DNA of 64,000 nucleotides from assembly GCA_963840455.1 (NCBI GenBank), contig CAWIYV010000007.1, positions 64,001 to 128,000 of the forward strand, given 5' to 3'. The notes beneath the pieces were generated by a model. That model was not told the origin of the DNA. It did no database searches and saw only the letters and a list, made by a program, of their open reading frames with translations. This DNA comes from Nitrospirota bacterium (lineage in GTDB: Bacteria; Nitrospirota; UBA9217). Position 1 is the first letter of the stretch, and the number at the start of each line of letters is the position of its first letter. Made by a program: the position numbers and the translations under genes. Positions 30,331-41,291 of this stretch are shown here, piece after piece.

Positions 30331-31548
30331 GTGCTTATTGTTCAGAAATACGGCGGCACATCCGTCGGAAATCCCGAGCGGATCAAGAACGTGGCGAAGC
30401 GCGTCGTCCGGACCAGGGAACAGGGCCATGATGTCGTGGTCGTCGTCTCGGCCATGAGCGGCGAGACGGACAAGCTGATCAATCTCGCGTCGCAGGTGAG
30501 CGACAACCCAGACCCGCGGGAGATGGACATGCTCCTCTCGACGGGCGAGCGCGTTACCATCGCGCTGCTCGCCCTTGCCATCCAGTCGCTCGGCCACAAA
30601 GCGCAGTCCTTCACGGGCAGGCAGGCGGGCATCGTATCGGACAGCGTCCACACCAAGGCGCGCATCGAAAAGATCTCCGGCGAGCGGGTAAAGCACGCTC
30701 TGAAGGAAGGCAAGATCGCGGTCGTGGCGGGGTTCCAGGGCATCACCGAATCGGATGATGTGACGACGCTCGGGCGGGGCGGTTCCGACCTCTCCGCGGT
30801 GGCGGTGGCAGCGGCGCTGAAGGCGGACGTGTGCGACATTTACACGGATGTGGACGGCGTGTACACCACGGACCCGAACATGGTTCCGCAGGCACGGAAG
30901 CTTGACAGGATCTCCTACGATGAGATGCTCGAACTGGCGAGCCTGGGGGCCAAGGTGCTCCAGACCCGCTCCGTCGAGTTTGCGAAAAAATACAACGTTC
31001 CCGTGCGGGTGCTCTCGAGCTTCAATGACAATCCGGGCACCCTGGTGACCAAGGAGGACTCAGACATGGAAAAGGTTGTGGTGTCCGGCGTGGCGTACGA
31101 CAAGAACCAGGTGAAGGTGACCGTGCAGGGCGTGCCGGACAAACCGGGGGTCGCGGCGAAGATCTTCAACACCATCTCGGACAACAACATCGTGGTGGAT
31201 ATGATCATCCAGAACGTCGGTGAGGGCGGGCTGACGGACATGTCGTTCACCGTTCCGAAGACCGACGCCAAGAAGATCAACGAGGTCATGAAGAAGATCG
31301 TGGCCGAGATCGGCGCCAAGGGCGTTACGATAAAGGAGGACATCGCCAAGGTCTCGATCGTCGGCGTGGGCATGCGTTCGCACTCTGGCGTGGCTTCGAA
31401 GATGTTCTCCGCCATGGCGAAGGAAGGCATCAACATCATGATGATCAGCACGTCGGAGATCAAGATCTCCATCGTGATCGACGCCAAGTACACCGAGCTC
31501 GCTGTCCGCGTGCTGCACGAGACCTTCGAGATGGACAAGGCAGCCTAG
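30331..31548 (+). CDS. lysC: Aspartate kinase
   Basis: [32 protein letters not shown] domains, STSEIKIS. Confidence 0.96.
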   Translation: MLIVQKYGGTSVGNPERIKNVAKRVVRTREQGHDVVVVVSAMSGETDKLINLASQVSDNPDPREMDMLLSTGERVTIALLALAIQSLGHKAQSFTGRQAGIVSDSVHTKARIEKISGERVKHALKEGKIAVVAGFQGITESDDVTTLGRGGSDLSAVAVAAALKADVCDIYTDVDGVYTTDPNMVPQARKLDRISYDEMLELASLGAKVLQTRSVEFAKKYNVPVRVLSSFNDNPGTLVTKEDSDMEKVVVSGVAYDKNQVKVTVQGVPDKPGVAAKIFNTISDNNIVVDMIIQNVGEGGLTDMSFTVPKTDAKKINEVMKKIVAEIGAKGVTIKEDIAKVSIVGVGMRSHSGVASKMFSAMAKEGINIMMISTSEIKISIVIDAKYTELAVRVLHETFEMDKAA

Positions 31549-31550
31549 TA

Positions 31551-31616
31551 ATTGCGGATTGTAGATTGCGGATTGCGGATTGAAAAACCGCGGGAGTTCC
31601 GCTGTCAATCCGCAAT
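31551..31616. repeat. 7-bp-period inverted repeat (ATTGCGG / CCGCAAT)
   Basis: ATTGCGGATTGTAGATTGCGGATTGCGGATTG ... CAATCCGCAAT. Confidence 0.75.
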
Positions 31617-31660
31617 AAGTAACGTCGAACGAAATACGAACAGCTACCTCGCATCATGTC

Positions 31661-33262
31661 ATGAAAAGGAAAGTACTCATATACGACACGACGCTCCGCG
31701 ACGGCGCACAGGCCGAGGACCTGAACTTCTCGGTTGAGGACAAGGTGCGCGTCACACGGAAGCTCGATGAGTTCGGCGCCCACTATATCGAGGGGGGATG
31801 GCCGGGCTCGAACCCGCGGGACGTGGAGTTCTTCAAGGAGATGCGCCGCGTAAAGCTCAGGAAGGCGAAGCTCGCGGCCTTCGGCTCGACCCGCCGCGCC
31901 CGCCTCAAGGTCTCAGAGGACCCGAGCCTCAGGTCGCTGGTGACCTCCGGTGCCCGCGTTGCGACGATCTTCGGCAAGACCTGGGACCTGCACGTGCTCA
32001 AGGCGCTCAAGACCACACTGGGCGAGAACCTGGCCATGATCGAGGATTCGGTGGCGTTCCTCAAGGAACACCTGGACGAGGTGATCTACGACGCCGAGCA
32101 CTTCTTCGATGGGTACAAGGCGAATCCGGATTACGCCATCGAGACCCTGCTCGCGGCCGAAGCGGCCGGCGCAGACTGTCTTGTGCTGTGCGACACCAAC
32201 GGGGGGACCCTTCCGCACGAGGTGGAGGAGATCATCGCCCGGGTGAAGAACATCATCGGTACACCGTTCGGGATCCACGCGCACAACGATGCGGAGCTTG
32301 CGGTCGCCAACTCCCTGGCGGCGGTCAGACTCGGAGCGGTGATGGTCCACGGTACGGTCAACGGATACGGCGAGCGGTGCGGCAATGCGAACCTCTGTGC
32401 TATCATCCCCGACCTCAAGCTCAAGATGGGGATCGACTGCATCACCGATGGGAGTCTCCGGAAGCTCCGCGAGCTGTCGCGGTACGTCGATGAGCTGGCC
32501 AACCTTCCGCACCGGAAGTGGGCTCCCTTCGTGGGGGATAGCGCCTTCGCGCACAAGGGAGGCGTGCACGTGGACGCCGTCGCCAAGGTTCCGCGGTCCT
32601 ATGAACACATCATTCCCGACCAGGTGGGGAACCGGCGCAGGATCCTGGTATCCGACCTTGCGGGGAAGAGCAACATCATCCAGAAGGCGTCCGAGCTCGG
32701 CATCACCGTCAGGAAGGACAGCCCCGAGCTTGCCGGCATCCTCAAGCGGATCAAACAGCTGGAGAGTGAAGGCTACGAGTTCGAGGGCGCGGAAGGTTCC
32801 CTCGAGCTGCTCATGCTCCGGGCGCGACACAGCTACGAATCGGTCTTCGCCATGTTCGACCGCATCGATTACCGCGTGCTGACCGAAAAGCGGAAGGTCG
32901 ATCCCAACCCGGTGAGCGAGGCCACGGTGACCGTGGAGGTCAGCGGGCAGGTGGAGCATACCGCAGCGTGGGGGAACGGCCCCGTGAACGCGCTGGACAA
33001 GGCCCTGCGCAAGGTCCTGCCGCGGTATTTCCCGGGCAGGGGGCTGGAGAGCGTCCGGCTGCTGGACTATAAGGTCCGCGTCCTGACCGCGGCCGAAGGC
33101 ACTGCGGCGCGGGTCCGCGTCCTGATCGAGTCGGGCGACGGAAGGTCCAAGTGGGGCACGGTCGGCGTGTCGGAGAACGTCATCGAGGCGAGCTGGCAGG
33201 CGCTCGTGGACAGCATCGAGTACAAGCTCCTGAGGACTGCGAAGAAAAAACGCAAGGCGTGA
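31661..33262 (+). CDS. cimA: Citramalate synthase
   Basis: YDTTLRDGAQ, EGGWPGSNP, YDAEHFFDG, HAHND, GERCGNA, AFAHKGGVH. Confidence 0.92.
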   Translation: MKRKVLIYDTTLRDGAQAEDLNFSVEDKVRVTRKLDEFGAHYIEGGWPGSNPRDVEFFKEMRRVKLRKAKLAAFGSTRRARLKVSEDPSLRSLVTSGARVATIFGKTWDLHVLKALKTTLGENLAMIEDSVAFLKEHLDEVIYDAEHFFDGYKANPDYAIETLLAAEAAGADCLVLCDTNGGTLPHEVEEIIARVKNIIGTPFGIHAHNDAELAVANSLAAVRLGAVMVHGTVNGYGERCGNANLCAIIPDLKLKMGIDCITDGSLRKLRELSRYVDELANLPHRKWAPFVGDSAFAHKGGVHVDAVAKVPRSYEHIIPDQVGNRRRILVSDLAGKSNIIQKASELGITVRKDSPELAGILKRIKQLESEGYEFEGAEGSLELLMLRARHSYESVFAMFDRIDYRVLTEKRKVDPNPVSEATVTVEVSGQVEHTAAWGNGPVNALDKALRKVLPRYFPGRGLESVRLLDYKVRVLTAAEGTAARVRVLIESGDGRSKWGTVGVSENVIEASWQALVDSIEYKLLRTAKKKRKA

Positions 33263-33292
33263 AGCATACAAGGCAAGGGGAAGAGGTTTCGC

Positions 33293-33724
33293 ATGATCGA
33301 AGAAGAAGGCATCGTTATCGAAGCAGCTGGCGGTTTGGCGAAGGTGTCCATCCTGGCCAAGAGCGCCTGTGAGAAATGCGCTTCGGCCGGTGTCTGCCAT
33401 CCCGAAGGTGATGACTCCACCATGGAGGCGGCCAATCCTCTGAACGCGAAGAAAGGCCAGAGGGTCAAGGTCGTGCTGGCCCCGCAGGTATTTCTCAAGG
33501 CCTCTATCATCCTCTACGGCATCCCCATGGCCGTCTTTGTCGCCGCCGCCATCATCGGGAAGAATGTGGGATTGAAGTACGGCGGAGAGGCACAGTCGGA
33601 CCTCTGGGCGTTCCTGTCCGGCATGGTCTTCATGCTGGTATCTTTTTTCTTTATCAGGCGCTATAATAAGAAAGTTGAAAAGACCCAGGAATACAAGCCG
33701 GTGATCGTCGAGATCCTCGGCTGA
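33293..33724 (+). CDS. RseC/MucC family protein
   Basis: MIEEEG, SACEKC...C, LYGIP, two TM segments. Confidence 0.85.
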   Translation: MIEEEGIVIEAAGGLAKVSILAKSACEKCASAGVCHPEGDDSTMEAANPLNAKKGQRVKVVLAPQVFLKASIILYGIPMAVFVAAAIIGKNVGLKYGGEAQSDLWAFLSGMVFMLVSFFFIRRYNKKVEKTQEYKPVIVEILG

Positions 33725-33755
33725 TTACGGGCATCAGGGGAGGCGGACATTTCCT

Positions 33756-34022
33756 ATGGCATTGATCTCCACGAATGAACAGGCAAAGAGGCTGGCGCGG
33801 ACGATCCTTTCCGACATTCTTCTGTACAACCAGGCCAAGGTGAAAGAGGGGATCGAGAGGGACAGCCTCTTCGATGTGCTCTCGGAGGAACTCGCCGAAG
33901 GGAGGAAATATTACGAGAGCATGGTTGAAACAGCTCTCCGCCAGAGCACCAACTTCTTCAACGAGGCGGTCATCGACGTCCTGCTCAAACAGGGAGGGAA
34001 ACACAAGTCCGAAATCTGGTAG
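33756..34022 (+). CDS. Small hypothetical protein
   Basis: 88 aa, AKRLARTILSDILLYN...EELAEGR; in operon orientation. Confidence 0.75.
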   Translation: MALISTNEQAKRLARTILSDILLYNQAKVKEGIERDSLFDVLSEELAEGRKYYESMVETALRQSTNFFNEAVIDVLLKQGGKHKSEIW

Positions 34023-34094
34023 CGCCGCGACCGTTGTTCTGCAGCTTATCTGCATATCCCCACAATACAAAATTCTCTTGCAAAGGAGTCGTCC

Positions 34095-36209
34095 ATGCCG
34101 AACTCTGATGTGAAGGAAATCCGCAATATCGCCATACTGTCGCACGGCTCTGCCGGCAAGACCTCGCTTGCCGACGCCATCCTGTACGCCGCGGGGGCGA
34201 TCGACGCACCGGTGAGCGTGGATGGCGGAACTTCCGTGTTCATGCACGAACCGGAAGAGATCGCCCGGAAGATCACGATCACGGCTGCGGTCGGGTTCGC
34301 GGACTGGAAGGGGGTGCGCATCAACATCATCGACACCCCCGGCTACATCAACTTCCTCGAAGAGACGCGGGGAACGCTCCGGGCCGTCGACGGCGCCATC
34401 CTCATCATTTCCGCCATCTCGGGCGTCAAGGCCGAGACCGAGAAGATCTACAAGTTCGCCTGCGACTACGAGATCCCGCGCATCGCCTTCGTGAGCAAGC
34501 TCGACAAGGAGCGCGCCGACTTCTTCCGGGCCGTGGGCGATATGGAAAAGTACTTCTGCAAGAACGCGATCGTGCTCCAGCTGCCGATCGGCCTCGAGGA
34601 CAAGTTCTCCGGCGTCGTCGACCTCATCAGGATGAAAGCGCTGATGTTCGCCCAGGATGGGAGCGGCAAGATCGAGGAGAAGGACGTCCCCGCGGACATG
34701 CGGGACCAGGCAGCGGCCTTCCGGAAGAAGCTGGTGGAGCAGGTTGCCGAGACCGACGATGCGCTGCTCGAGAAGTACCTTGACAAGGGCGATCTTTCCA
34801 ACGACGACGTCATTGCCGGGCTCAAGCATGGAACCCTCGGCGGCGGCCTTCTGCCCGTGCTCTGCGGGTCGCCGGTCAGGAACATGGGCATCCAGCAGCT
34901 CCTCGATATGGTGCTGACCTGCCTGCCGTCGCCAGCAGAGCACGCGCGCATCGTTCAGATCAAGGGCAAAGACCCCAAGACCGGCAATGAGGTCGCCCGC
35001 AAGCCAACAGCGGACGAGCACCTTGCCGCCATCGTGTTCAAGACCATCATCGACCCCTTCGCAGGCAAGCTGTCCCTGGTCCGTGTCCTGTCGGGCACCC
35101 TCAAAGCGGACTCCACGGTCTATAATGCATCGAAGCAGGCCAGGGAGAAGATCGGCTCACTGTTCCACATCCAGGGGAAGAAACAGGTCTCCACCCAGGT
35201 CCTGACGGCCGGCCAGATCGGCGCCGCCGCGAAGCTCAAGGATACGCTCACCGGCGAGACCCTGTGCGCCGAGACGCATCCGATCATTCTGGAATTCGCG
35301 AAGTTCGCGGATCCGGTCATGTCCTACGCCATCGAGCCGAAGTCACGGGGCGATGAGGACAAGGTGAGCATCGGCGTCCATAAGATCCTCGACGAGGACC
35401 GGACGCTCAAGTTCGTCTTTGACGAGCAGACGAAGGAGATGGTCCTCTCCGGCATGGGACAGGTCCATCTCGAGGTGACGATCGAGAAGCTCAGACGGAA
35501 GTTCGGCGTGGACGTGAAGATGAAGACCCCCAAGGTCCCCTACAAGGAGACCATCCGCGCCCGGGCCAAGGCCCAGGGGAAATACAAGAAACAGACCGGC
35601 GGCCACGGCCAGTACGGCGACGCCTGGATCGAGATCGAGCCGCTGCCGCGCGGGACGGGCTTCGAGTTCGTCGACAAGATCGTGGGCGGCGTGATCCCGC
35701 GGCAGTATATCCCGGCCGTGGAGAAGGGCCTGCACGAGGCCCTGCATGAAGGGTTCCTCGCCGGCTATCCCCTCGTGGACATCCGCGCCACGGTGGTGGA
35801 CGGCTCGTACCATACCGTCGACTCGTCCGAGATGTCCTTCAAGATCGCCGCATCCATGGGCTTCAAGAAGGCGATGGAGGCGGCCAAGCCGGTGCTGCTC
35901 GAACCGATCATGAGCGTCGAGGTGGTCGCGCCCGACGATACGCTGGGCGCGGTCATCGGCGACCTGAACTCCCGCCGCGGCAAGGTGCAGGGCGTGGTCC
36001 CGCAGGCCAGCGGCCAGAACATCAAGGCCCTCGTGCCCATGGCCGAGATGCTGTCCTACGCGCCAACGCTGAACTCCCTCACGAGCGGCAGGGGCATGTA
36101 CACCATGGAGTTCTTCGGGTACGAGGACGTACCGAGCCACCTGTCCCAGAAGATCGTGCAGGAGCGGGCCGCTGCCCATCAGGCGCAGAACCACGGCAAA
36201 GAGAAATAA
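34095..36209 (+). CDS. Elongation factor G-like protein (second EF-G)
   Basis: IRNIA, GKTS, DTPG, SGMGQVHLE, KQTGGHGQYG, DGSYHTVDSS; not within an rpsL-rpsG-tuf operon. Confidence 0.92.
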   Translation: MPNSDVKEIRNIAILSHGSAGKTSLADAILYAAGAIDAPVSVDGGTSVFMHEPEEIARKITITAAVGFADWKGVRINIIDTPGYINFLEETRGTLRAVDGAILIISAISGVKAETEKIYKFACDYEIPRIAFVSKLDKERADFFRAVGDMEKYFCKNAIVLQLPIGLEDKFSGVVDLIRMKALMFAQDGSGKIEEKDVPADMRDQAAAFRKKLVEQVAETDDALLEKYLDKGDLSNDDVIAGLKHGTLGGGLLPVLCGSPVRNMGIQQLLDMVLTCLPSPAEHARIVQIKGKDPKTGNEVARKPTADEHLAAIVFKTIIDPFAGKLSLVRVLSGTLKADSTVYNASKQAREKIGSLFHIQGKKQVSTQVLTAGQIGAAAKLKDTLTGETLCAETHPIILEFAKFADPVMSYAIEPKSRGDEDKVSIGVHKILDEDRTLKFVFDEQTKEMVLSGMGQVHLEVTIEKLRRKFGVDVKMKTPKVPYKETIRARAKAQGKYKKQTGGHGQYGDAWIEIEPLPRGTGFEFVDKIVGGVIPRQYIPAVEKGLHEALHEGFLAGYPLVDIRATVVDGSYHTVDSSEMSFKIAASMGFKKAMEAAKPVLLEPIMSVEVVAPDDTLGAVIGDLNSRRGKVQGVVPQASGQNIKALVPMAEMLSYAPTLNSLTSGRGMYTMEFFGYEDVPSHLSQKIVQERAAAHQAQNHGKEK

Positions 36210-36307
36210 CGGGAGACCGCGGAGGCAATTTCCTGCCACAAAGACGCGCAGTCCGTCTTTGTGGCTGTTTTTTCGGGATCGTCTGCCGGTGACCGGAACG
36301 GAGCATC

Positions 36308-37564
36308 ATGTACAGAAAAGACACCCTTGCCAACGGCATCCGGGTCGTGTCCGAGACCCTGCCGAAAACGCGCTCTCTCTCCATCGGCGTATGGGTGAAG
36401 GTGGGTTCGCGGCACGAGCCGAAAGAGATCGGCGGGGTTTCCCATTTCATCGAACACATGTTCTTCAAGGGGACGCACAAGCGGTCGGCCCGGGACATCG
36501 CCACGGAGATCGACTCACTGGGCGGAGAGATGAACGCCTTCACCTCGCAGGAGAGCACCACGTATTACATCAAGGTCCTCGACGAGCACCTCCCCGTTGC
36601 CGTGGACATCCTTTCGGACATCCTGCTCGGCTCGAAGTTCGATCCGGCAGAAATGGAAAAGGAACGGAAGGTCATCCTCGAGGAGATCAAAGGCGTCGAG
36701 GACACGCCCGACGACTACATCCATGAGCTGTTCACGGCCACGGTGTGGCCCGATAACTCCCTGGGCCGCCCCATCCTCGGCACCAAGGAGACCATCAAGT
36801 CGCTGAAGCACAACGACATCGTGAAGTATATCGAAGACTATTACTCCCCCCGGGAGATCGTGATCTCCGTCGCGGGAAACTTCGAGCACGCGCGCCTCAT
36901 CGAACTCCTGGAAAGCGCTTTCGGCAAACTCGCGAGGACCGGCATTCCCAAGCAGGACGTCGCGCCGTCCTACAACCGTGCCGTGACGGTCAGGAAGAAG
37001 CAGCTGGAGCAGGTGCAGGTCTGCCTCGGCTGCAAGGGTCTGCAGTATACCCACGAGGACCGGTTCGTCGTCATGGCGCTGAACACGATCCTCGGGAACA
37101 GCATGAGCTCGAGGCTCTTCCAAGAAGTACGAGAGCAGAACGCGCTGGCGTACTCCATCTACTCCTATGTCACCGCGTACCGGGACGCAGGGCTCCTGAC
37201 GGTCTATGCGGGCACCGATCCCGCGAACACCATCCAGGCAATCCAGCTCATCGTCAAGGAATTCCGGAAGATCCGGGACGAGGGGATCACGTCCGCCGAG
37301 GAAACGCGGGTGAAGGACCAGATCAAGGGGAACCTGGTCCTTTCCCTGGAGACCAGCAACAGCCATATGGGCCGCATCGCGCGCCAGGAGATCTACTTCG
37401 GAAAGTATCTTTCCGTCGACGATATCATCAGGTCCGTTGACAAGGTCACGGCCGAGCAGGTCCAGCGCCTCGCCGGTCAATTGTTCACACGCGAGAGTCT
37501 TTCGCTCAGCATCCTGGGGCCGTTGAACAAAGTTGACGTGCCGGAGTCGGTGCTGGAAATTTAG
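36308..37564 (+). CDS. M16 (pitrilysin-family) zinc peptidase
   Basis: HFIEH (HxxEH), [20 protein letters not shown]. Confidence 0.93.
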   Translation: MYRKDTLANGIRVVSETLPKTRSLSIGVWVKVGSRHEPKEIGGVSHFIEHMFFKGTHKRSARDIATEIDSLGGEMNAFTSQESTTYYIKVLDEHLPVAVDILSDILLGSKFDPAEMEKERKVILEEIKGVEDTPDDYIHELFTATVWPDNSLGRPILGTKETIKSLKHNDIVKYIEDYYSPREIVISVAGNFEHARLIELLESAFGKLARTGIPKQDVAPSYNRAVTVRKKQLEQVQVCLGCKGLQYTHEDRFVVMALNTILGNSMSSRLFQEVREQNALAYSIYSYVTAYRDAGLLTVYAGTDPANTIQAIQLIVKEFRKIRDEGITSAEETRVKDQIKGNLVLSLETSNSHMGRIARQEIYFGKYLSVDDIIRSVDKVTAEQVQRLAGQLFTRESLSLSILGPLNKVDVPESVLEI

Positions 37565-37572
37565 ACGCATTC

Positions 37573-37654
37573 TACCGCAGAGATCGCCGAGAGCGCAGAG
37601 AATCGCTTATATCAAACGAGACTTTCTCCGCGGGCTCTGCGTGCTCTGCGGTGA
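37573..37654. repeat. Gene-less 9-bp-period inverted-repeat element (E4)
   Basis: TACCGCAGAGATCGCCGAGAGCGCAGAGAA ... TTCTCCGCGGGCTCTGCGTGCTCTGCGGTGA. Confidence 0.85.
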
Positions 37655-37668
37655 GACAGGTTGTTGAT

Positions 37669-38139
37669 ATGTCCGATCATCTTATCGTCGATATACTGCC
37701 GCTCCAGAACGCCGCCGGTCTGCCGGTCCCGCATTACCAGACCGAGCACTCGGCCGGGGTGGACCTTTACGCTGCCGTGGAAGGAGAGCTGGTGATCGGG
37801 CCGGGTACCTGGCGGCTCGTTCCCACGGGCATCGCCGTGGCGATCCCCGAGGGATACGAGGGCCAGGTCAGGCCCCGCAGCGGACTCGCCCTGAAGCACG
37901 GCATAGGCATGCTGAACGGACCGGGTACCATCGACGCGGACTACCGCGGCGAGATCGGCATCATCCTGTTCAACTTCAGCGACAGGCCGTTCCCGGTCCA
38001 TCGGGGGGACCGTATTGCCCAGCTGGTCTTCGCGAAGCTCGCGAAAGCGGGGTTCCGGAAGGTCGACGCTCTGAATGAGACCCGCAGGGGGAGCGGCGGT
38101 TTCGGGCACACGGGGACCAAGCAACATCAAGATCGATAG
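37669..38139 (+). CDS. dut: dUTP diphosphatase
   Basis: [38 protein letters not shown]. Confidence 0.96.
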   Translation: MSDHLIVDILPLQNAAGLPVPHYQTEHSAGVDLYAAVEGELVIGPGTWRLVPTGIAVAIPEGYEGQVRPRSGLALKHGIGMLNGPGTIDADYRGEIGIILFNFSDRPFPVHRGDRIAQLVFAKLAKAGFRKVDALNETRRGSGGFGHTGTKQHQDR

Positions 38140-38175
38140 TTCACTATTACTTTTCAAGAGGGCGGTGACATTTAC

Positions 38176-39498
38176 ATGCAAAAGATAAGGGAGACATTTA
38201 TGGTCGTGCTGCTGCTGCTGTTCCTGTCAACCTTGGGCTTTGGCCAGGAGATGAGGGTCACGGAGACGATACTGCCCAACGGTCTGAAGGTCCTGCTCAA
38301 GGAAGAGCACAAGTCTCCGGTGGTCACCTTCCAGGTCTGGTACCGGGTCGGGGCGCGGAACGAACGGCTCGGCAAGACCGGCATGTCGCATCTCCTGGAG
38401 CACATGATGTTCAAGGGGTCGAAGAAATACGGTCCCAAGCAGTTCTCCCAGGTCGTGCAGCGGAACGGCGGCAATGACAACGCCTTCACGAGCAAGGACT
38501 ACACGGCGTACTTCGAGAACCTCGCGGCCGACCGCCTCGAGATCGCCATGGACCTCGAGTCTGACCGCATGCAGAACCTCCTTCTGGACCCCAAGGAATT
38601 CCTGTCAGAGCGCGACGTGGTGAAGGAAGAGCGCCGCATGCGGTACGAGGACGACCCCACGCAGACCATGGTCGAGCAGATGATGGCAACGGCGTTCTCG
38701 GCGCATCCCTACCAGTGGCCGGTGATCGGGTGGATGGCCGATATTGGCAACATAACGCGCGAAGACCTGGAAAAGCATTACCGGACCTACTATGCGCCGA
38801 ACAACGCGACCGTCGTGGTGGTCGGCGACTTCGACCCGAAGAAGACGCTTGCCCTTGTGGACAAGTACTTCGGGAGCATCCCGCGGGGTCCGGAGGTCCC
38901 GAAGGTCGGCGCCGTGGAGCCGAAACAGCTGGGGGAGAAGCGCGTGAAGGTCAAGCAGGAGGCGGAACTGCCGGCGATCTATGCCGGTTACAAGGTTCCC
39001 AACCTCACCAGCGCCGATTCCCATGCCCTGAACGTGCTCCAGAGCATCCTGTCGTCGGGAAAGAGCTCGCGGCTGTACCGGTCCCTGGTCTACGACAAGC
39101 AGATTGCCCTGTATGCGGGCGGCGACTATGATGATGTCTCCACGGACCCGAATCTCTTCTATGTCTACGCCGGCATCATGCCGGGGAAGAGCGAAGACGA
39201 GGTCGAGAGGGCCCTTTACGTTGAGATCGACCGGATGAAGAACGAACCGGTCTCGGATGAGGAGCTTCAGAAAGCGAAGAACCAGGCCGAGGCGAGCTTC
39301 ATCATGAGCCAGGATTCGATGTTCTACCAGGCGATGCTGCTGGGCCAGTATGAGACCGTGGCGAACTGGAAGCTTTTGGGCGCTTACCTGGACGGCATCA
39401 GGGCCGTGAAGAAGGAAGATATCGAGCGTGTGGCCAGGCAGTATTTCACCGAGGACAACCGGACCGTGGGTATCCTGGTGCCGGTGAAGAAACCATGA
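38176..39498 (+). CDS. Exported M16 peptidase, catalytic subunit
   Basis: Signal peptide; HLLEHMMFKG; NAFTSKDYT. Confidence 0.92.
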   Translation: MQKIRETFMVVLLLLFLSTLGFGQEMRVTETILPNGLKVLLKEEHKSPVVTFQVWYRVGARNERLGKTGMSHLLEHMMFKGSKKYGPKQFSQVVQRNGGNDNAFTSKDYTAYFENLAADRLEIAMDLESDRMQNLLLDPKEFLSERDVVKEERRMRYEDDPTQTMVEQMMATAFSAHPYQWPVIGWMADIGNITREDLEKHYRTYYAPNNATVVVVGDFDPKKTLALVDKYFGSIPRGPEVPKVGAVEPKQLGEKRVKVKQEAELPAIYAGYKVPNLTSADSHALNVLQSILSSGKSSRLYRSLVYDKQIALYAGGDYDDVSTDPNLFYVYAGIMPGKSEDEVERALYVEIDRMKNEPVSDEELQKAKNQAEASFIMSQDSMFYQAMLLGQYETVANWKLLGAYLDGIRAVKKEDIERVARQYFTEDNRTVGILVPVKKP

Positions 39499-39560
39499 CA
39501 CGGGGACGGGAGACGGGGAGATCGAGACACGGGACGCGGGAACAGGGGACACGGAGAAAC
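39496..39560 (+). repeat. 8-bp-period tandem arm (GACACGGG-like)
   Basis: TGACACGGGGACGGGAGACGGGGAGATCGAGACACGGGACGCGGGAACAGGGGACACGGAGA. Confidence 0.7.
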
Positions 39561-39639
39561 GACAGATGCGGAATGTAAAAAAGTGCGGGATCGTCGAGAC
39601 GTATGATATTTTCATTCGCAGCGATCATGCTGTTCTCGC

Positions 39640-40926
39640 ATGGGGGTGCCTGCGGTTCACGCCGCCGAACCGCTGGGCAAGCGCATCGTGCTGGAGAACG
39701 GCATGGTCCTCCTGCTCTCCGAGAAGCATGAGCTGCCGGTGGTCACCGTGAGCATGGCCATCAAGGCGGGGGGCGTCGTCGAACCGGCGGACAAGCCGGG
39801 CCTGGCGTCCATCACGGCATCGCTCCTGACCCAGGGCACGAAGTCGCGCACGGCGAACCAGATCAGCCGGGAGATCGACTTCATCGGCGGCTCCCTCTCG
39901 GTCTCAGGCGGGGACGATTTTGCCAGCGCGAACCTTCGGGTGCTGAAGAAGGACGTCGGGAAAGGCTTCGACCTCCTGGCAGATGTGCTGATGAACCCCG
40001 TATTCGACCAGAAGGAGATCGATCGGAAGGTGAAGGAGACCCTGGCTGCGATCCAGCGCCAGAAGGAGGAACCCGAGGTGATCGCCGGCGAGGCATTCAC
40101 CAAGGCGGTCTTCGGGGCTCATCCCTACGGCAGGACGAACGACGACGTGGCCGCATACCTTCCCCGGATCACGAAACGGGACATCCAGGATTTCTACTCC
40201 CAGCGGTACGGTCCGAACGACTGTATCGTCGCCATTGTGGGCGATGTGACCGAAAAAGAGACCGCTGCGCTTCTGCGGCAGCGCTTCGCGGACTGGAAGC
40301 CTGCGGAGAAGGGCGAGCCTCCCCATGCCTCCCCTCCCGCGATCACGTCTCTCGCGGTCAGGAAAATGGACAAGAATATCACGCAGGCGAACATCGCTAT
40401 GGGGCAGGTGGGGATCAGCAGGGAAAACCCTGATTTTTATGCCGTCGTGGTCATGAACTACATCCTGGGAGGCGGAGGCTTCTCTTCCCGGCTCATGGAC
40501 AATATCCGGGACAACCGGGGTCTGGCCTATGACGTGCACAGCAGCTTTGCGGCCCAGAAGGAGCCCGGCGCGTTCCGCGTATGGACGCAGACGAAGAGCG
40601 AGTCGGCGAACGAGGCCATCGCGGAGATCTTCAAGGAGCTGAAACGGATCAGGACCGAGCCGGTATCGGACAAGGAACTGGCCGATGCCAAGGCCTATTT
40701 GACCGGCAGCTTCCCGCTCCGGATGGACACGTCCGCCAAGATCGCCGGGATCCTTACGAGCATCGAGATCTACCATCTGGGACTCGATTATCCGCAGCGC
40801 TACGCCAGCCTGATCAACGGCGTCACGAGGGAAGACATCCTCCGCGTGGCGAAGAAGTACATCGACCCGGACCATATGGTCATGGTCGTGCTGGGGAACC
40901 AGGAAAAGATCAAGCTGAAATATTAG
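39640..40926 (+). CDS. M16 peptidase partner subunit lacking HxxEH; signal-peptide region upstream looks frameshifted
   Basis: LENGM, HPYGR, ILGGGGFSSRLMDNIRDNRGLAY. Confidence 0.88.
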   Translation: MGVPAVHAAEPLGKRIVLENGMVLLLSEKHELPVVTVSMAIKAGGVVEPADKPGLASITASLLTQGTKSRTANQISREIDFIGGSLSVSGGDDFASANLRVLKKDVGKGFDLLADVLMNPVFDQKEIDRKVKETLAAIQRQKEEPEVIAGEAFTKAVFGAHPYGRTNDDVAAYLPRITKRDIQDFYSQRYGPNDCIVAIVGDVTEKETAALLRQRFADWKPAEKGEPPHASPPAITSLAVRKMDKNITQANIAMGQVGISRENPDFYAVVVMNYILGGGGFSSRLMDNIRDNRGLAYDVHSSFAAQKEPGAFRVWTQTKSESANEAIAEIFKELKRIRTEPVSDKELADAKAYLTGSFPLRMDTSAKIAGILTSIEIYHLGLDYPQRYASLINGVTREDILRVAKKYIDPDHMVMVVLGNQEKIKLKY

Positions 40927-40949
40927 GATGAGGAGCAGAAGTCAGACTT

Positions 40950-41241
40950 GAAGCTCCCTGCAGCAAGCTACAGGGAATCTTCGACCCTTAAGGAAGTATC
41001 CTTATTCTCATCGCTCGCTCCTGGATTTAAGCTCCCTACTGCAAGAGGCGTGGAGCTTCGATCCTTAGGGTAGTGTTTATCCTAATCGCTCGCTAACCCG
41101 CAGAAAACTGCGGGGATGCGCTCGCTCCTGGATTTAAGCTCCCTACTGCAGGAGGTGTGGAGCTTCGATCCTTAGGGTAGTGTTTATCCTGATCGCTCGC
41201 TAACCCGCAGAAAACTGCGGGGATGCGCTCGCTCCTGGATT
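40950..41241 (+). mobile_element. Tandem of three TT|C-inserting hairpin elements (78, 107, 107 bp)
   Basis: Units 40950-41027, 41028-41134, 41135-41241; each starts (G/T)AAGCTCCC and ends CTCGCTCCTGGATT; units 2 and 3 differ at 3 positions. Confidence 0.85.
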
Positions 41242-41291
41242 CAGGAGACGGGAGAGCTTCAATACCTTCTGGCTTCTGGCTCCTCAAGCTT

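Noticed and set aside
40950-41241. Possible CRISPR array
   Set aside because: Units are 78-107 bp near-identical tandem copies without unique spacers, and no cas genes are present.
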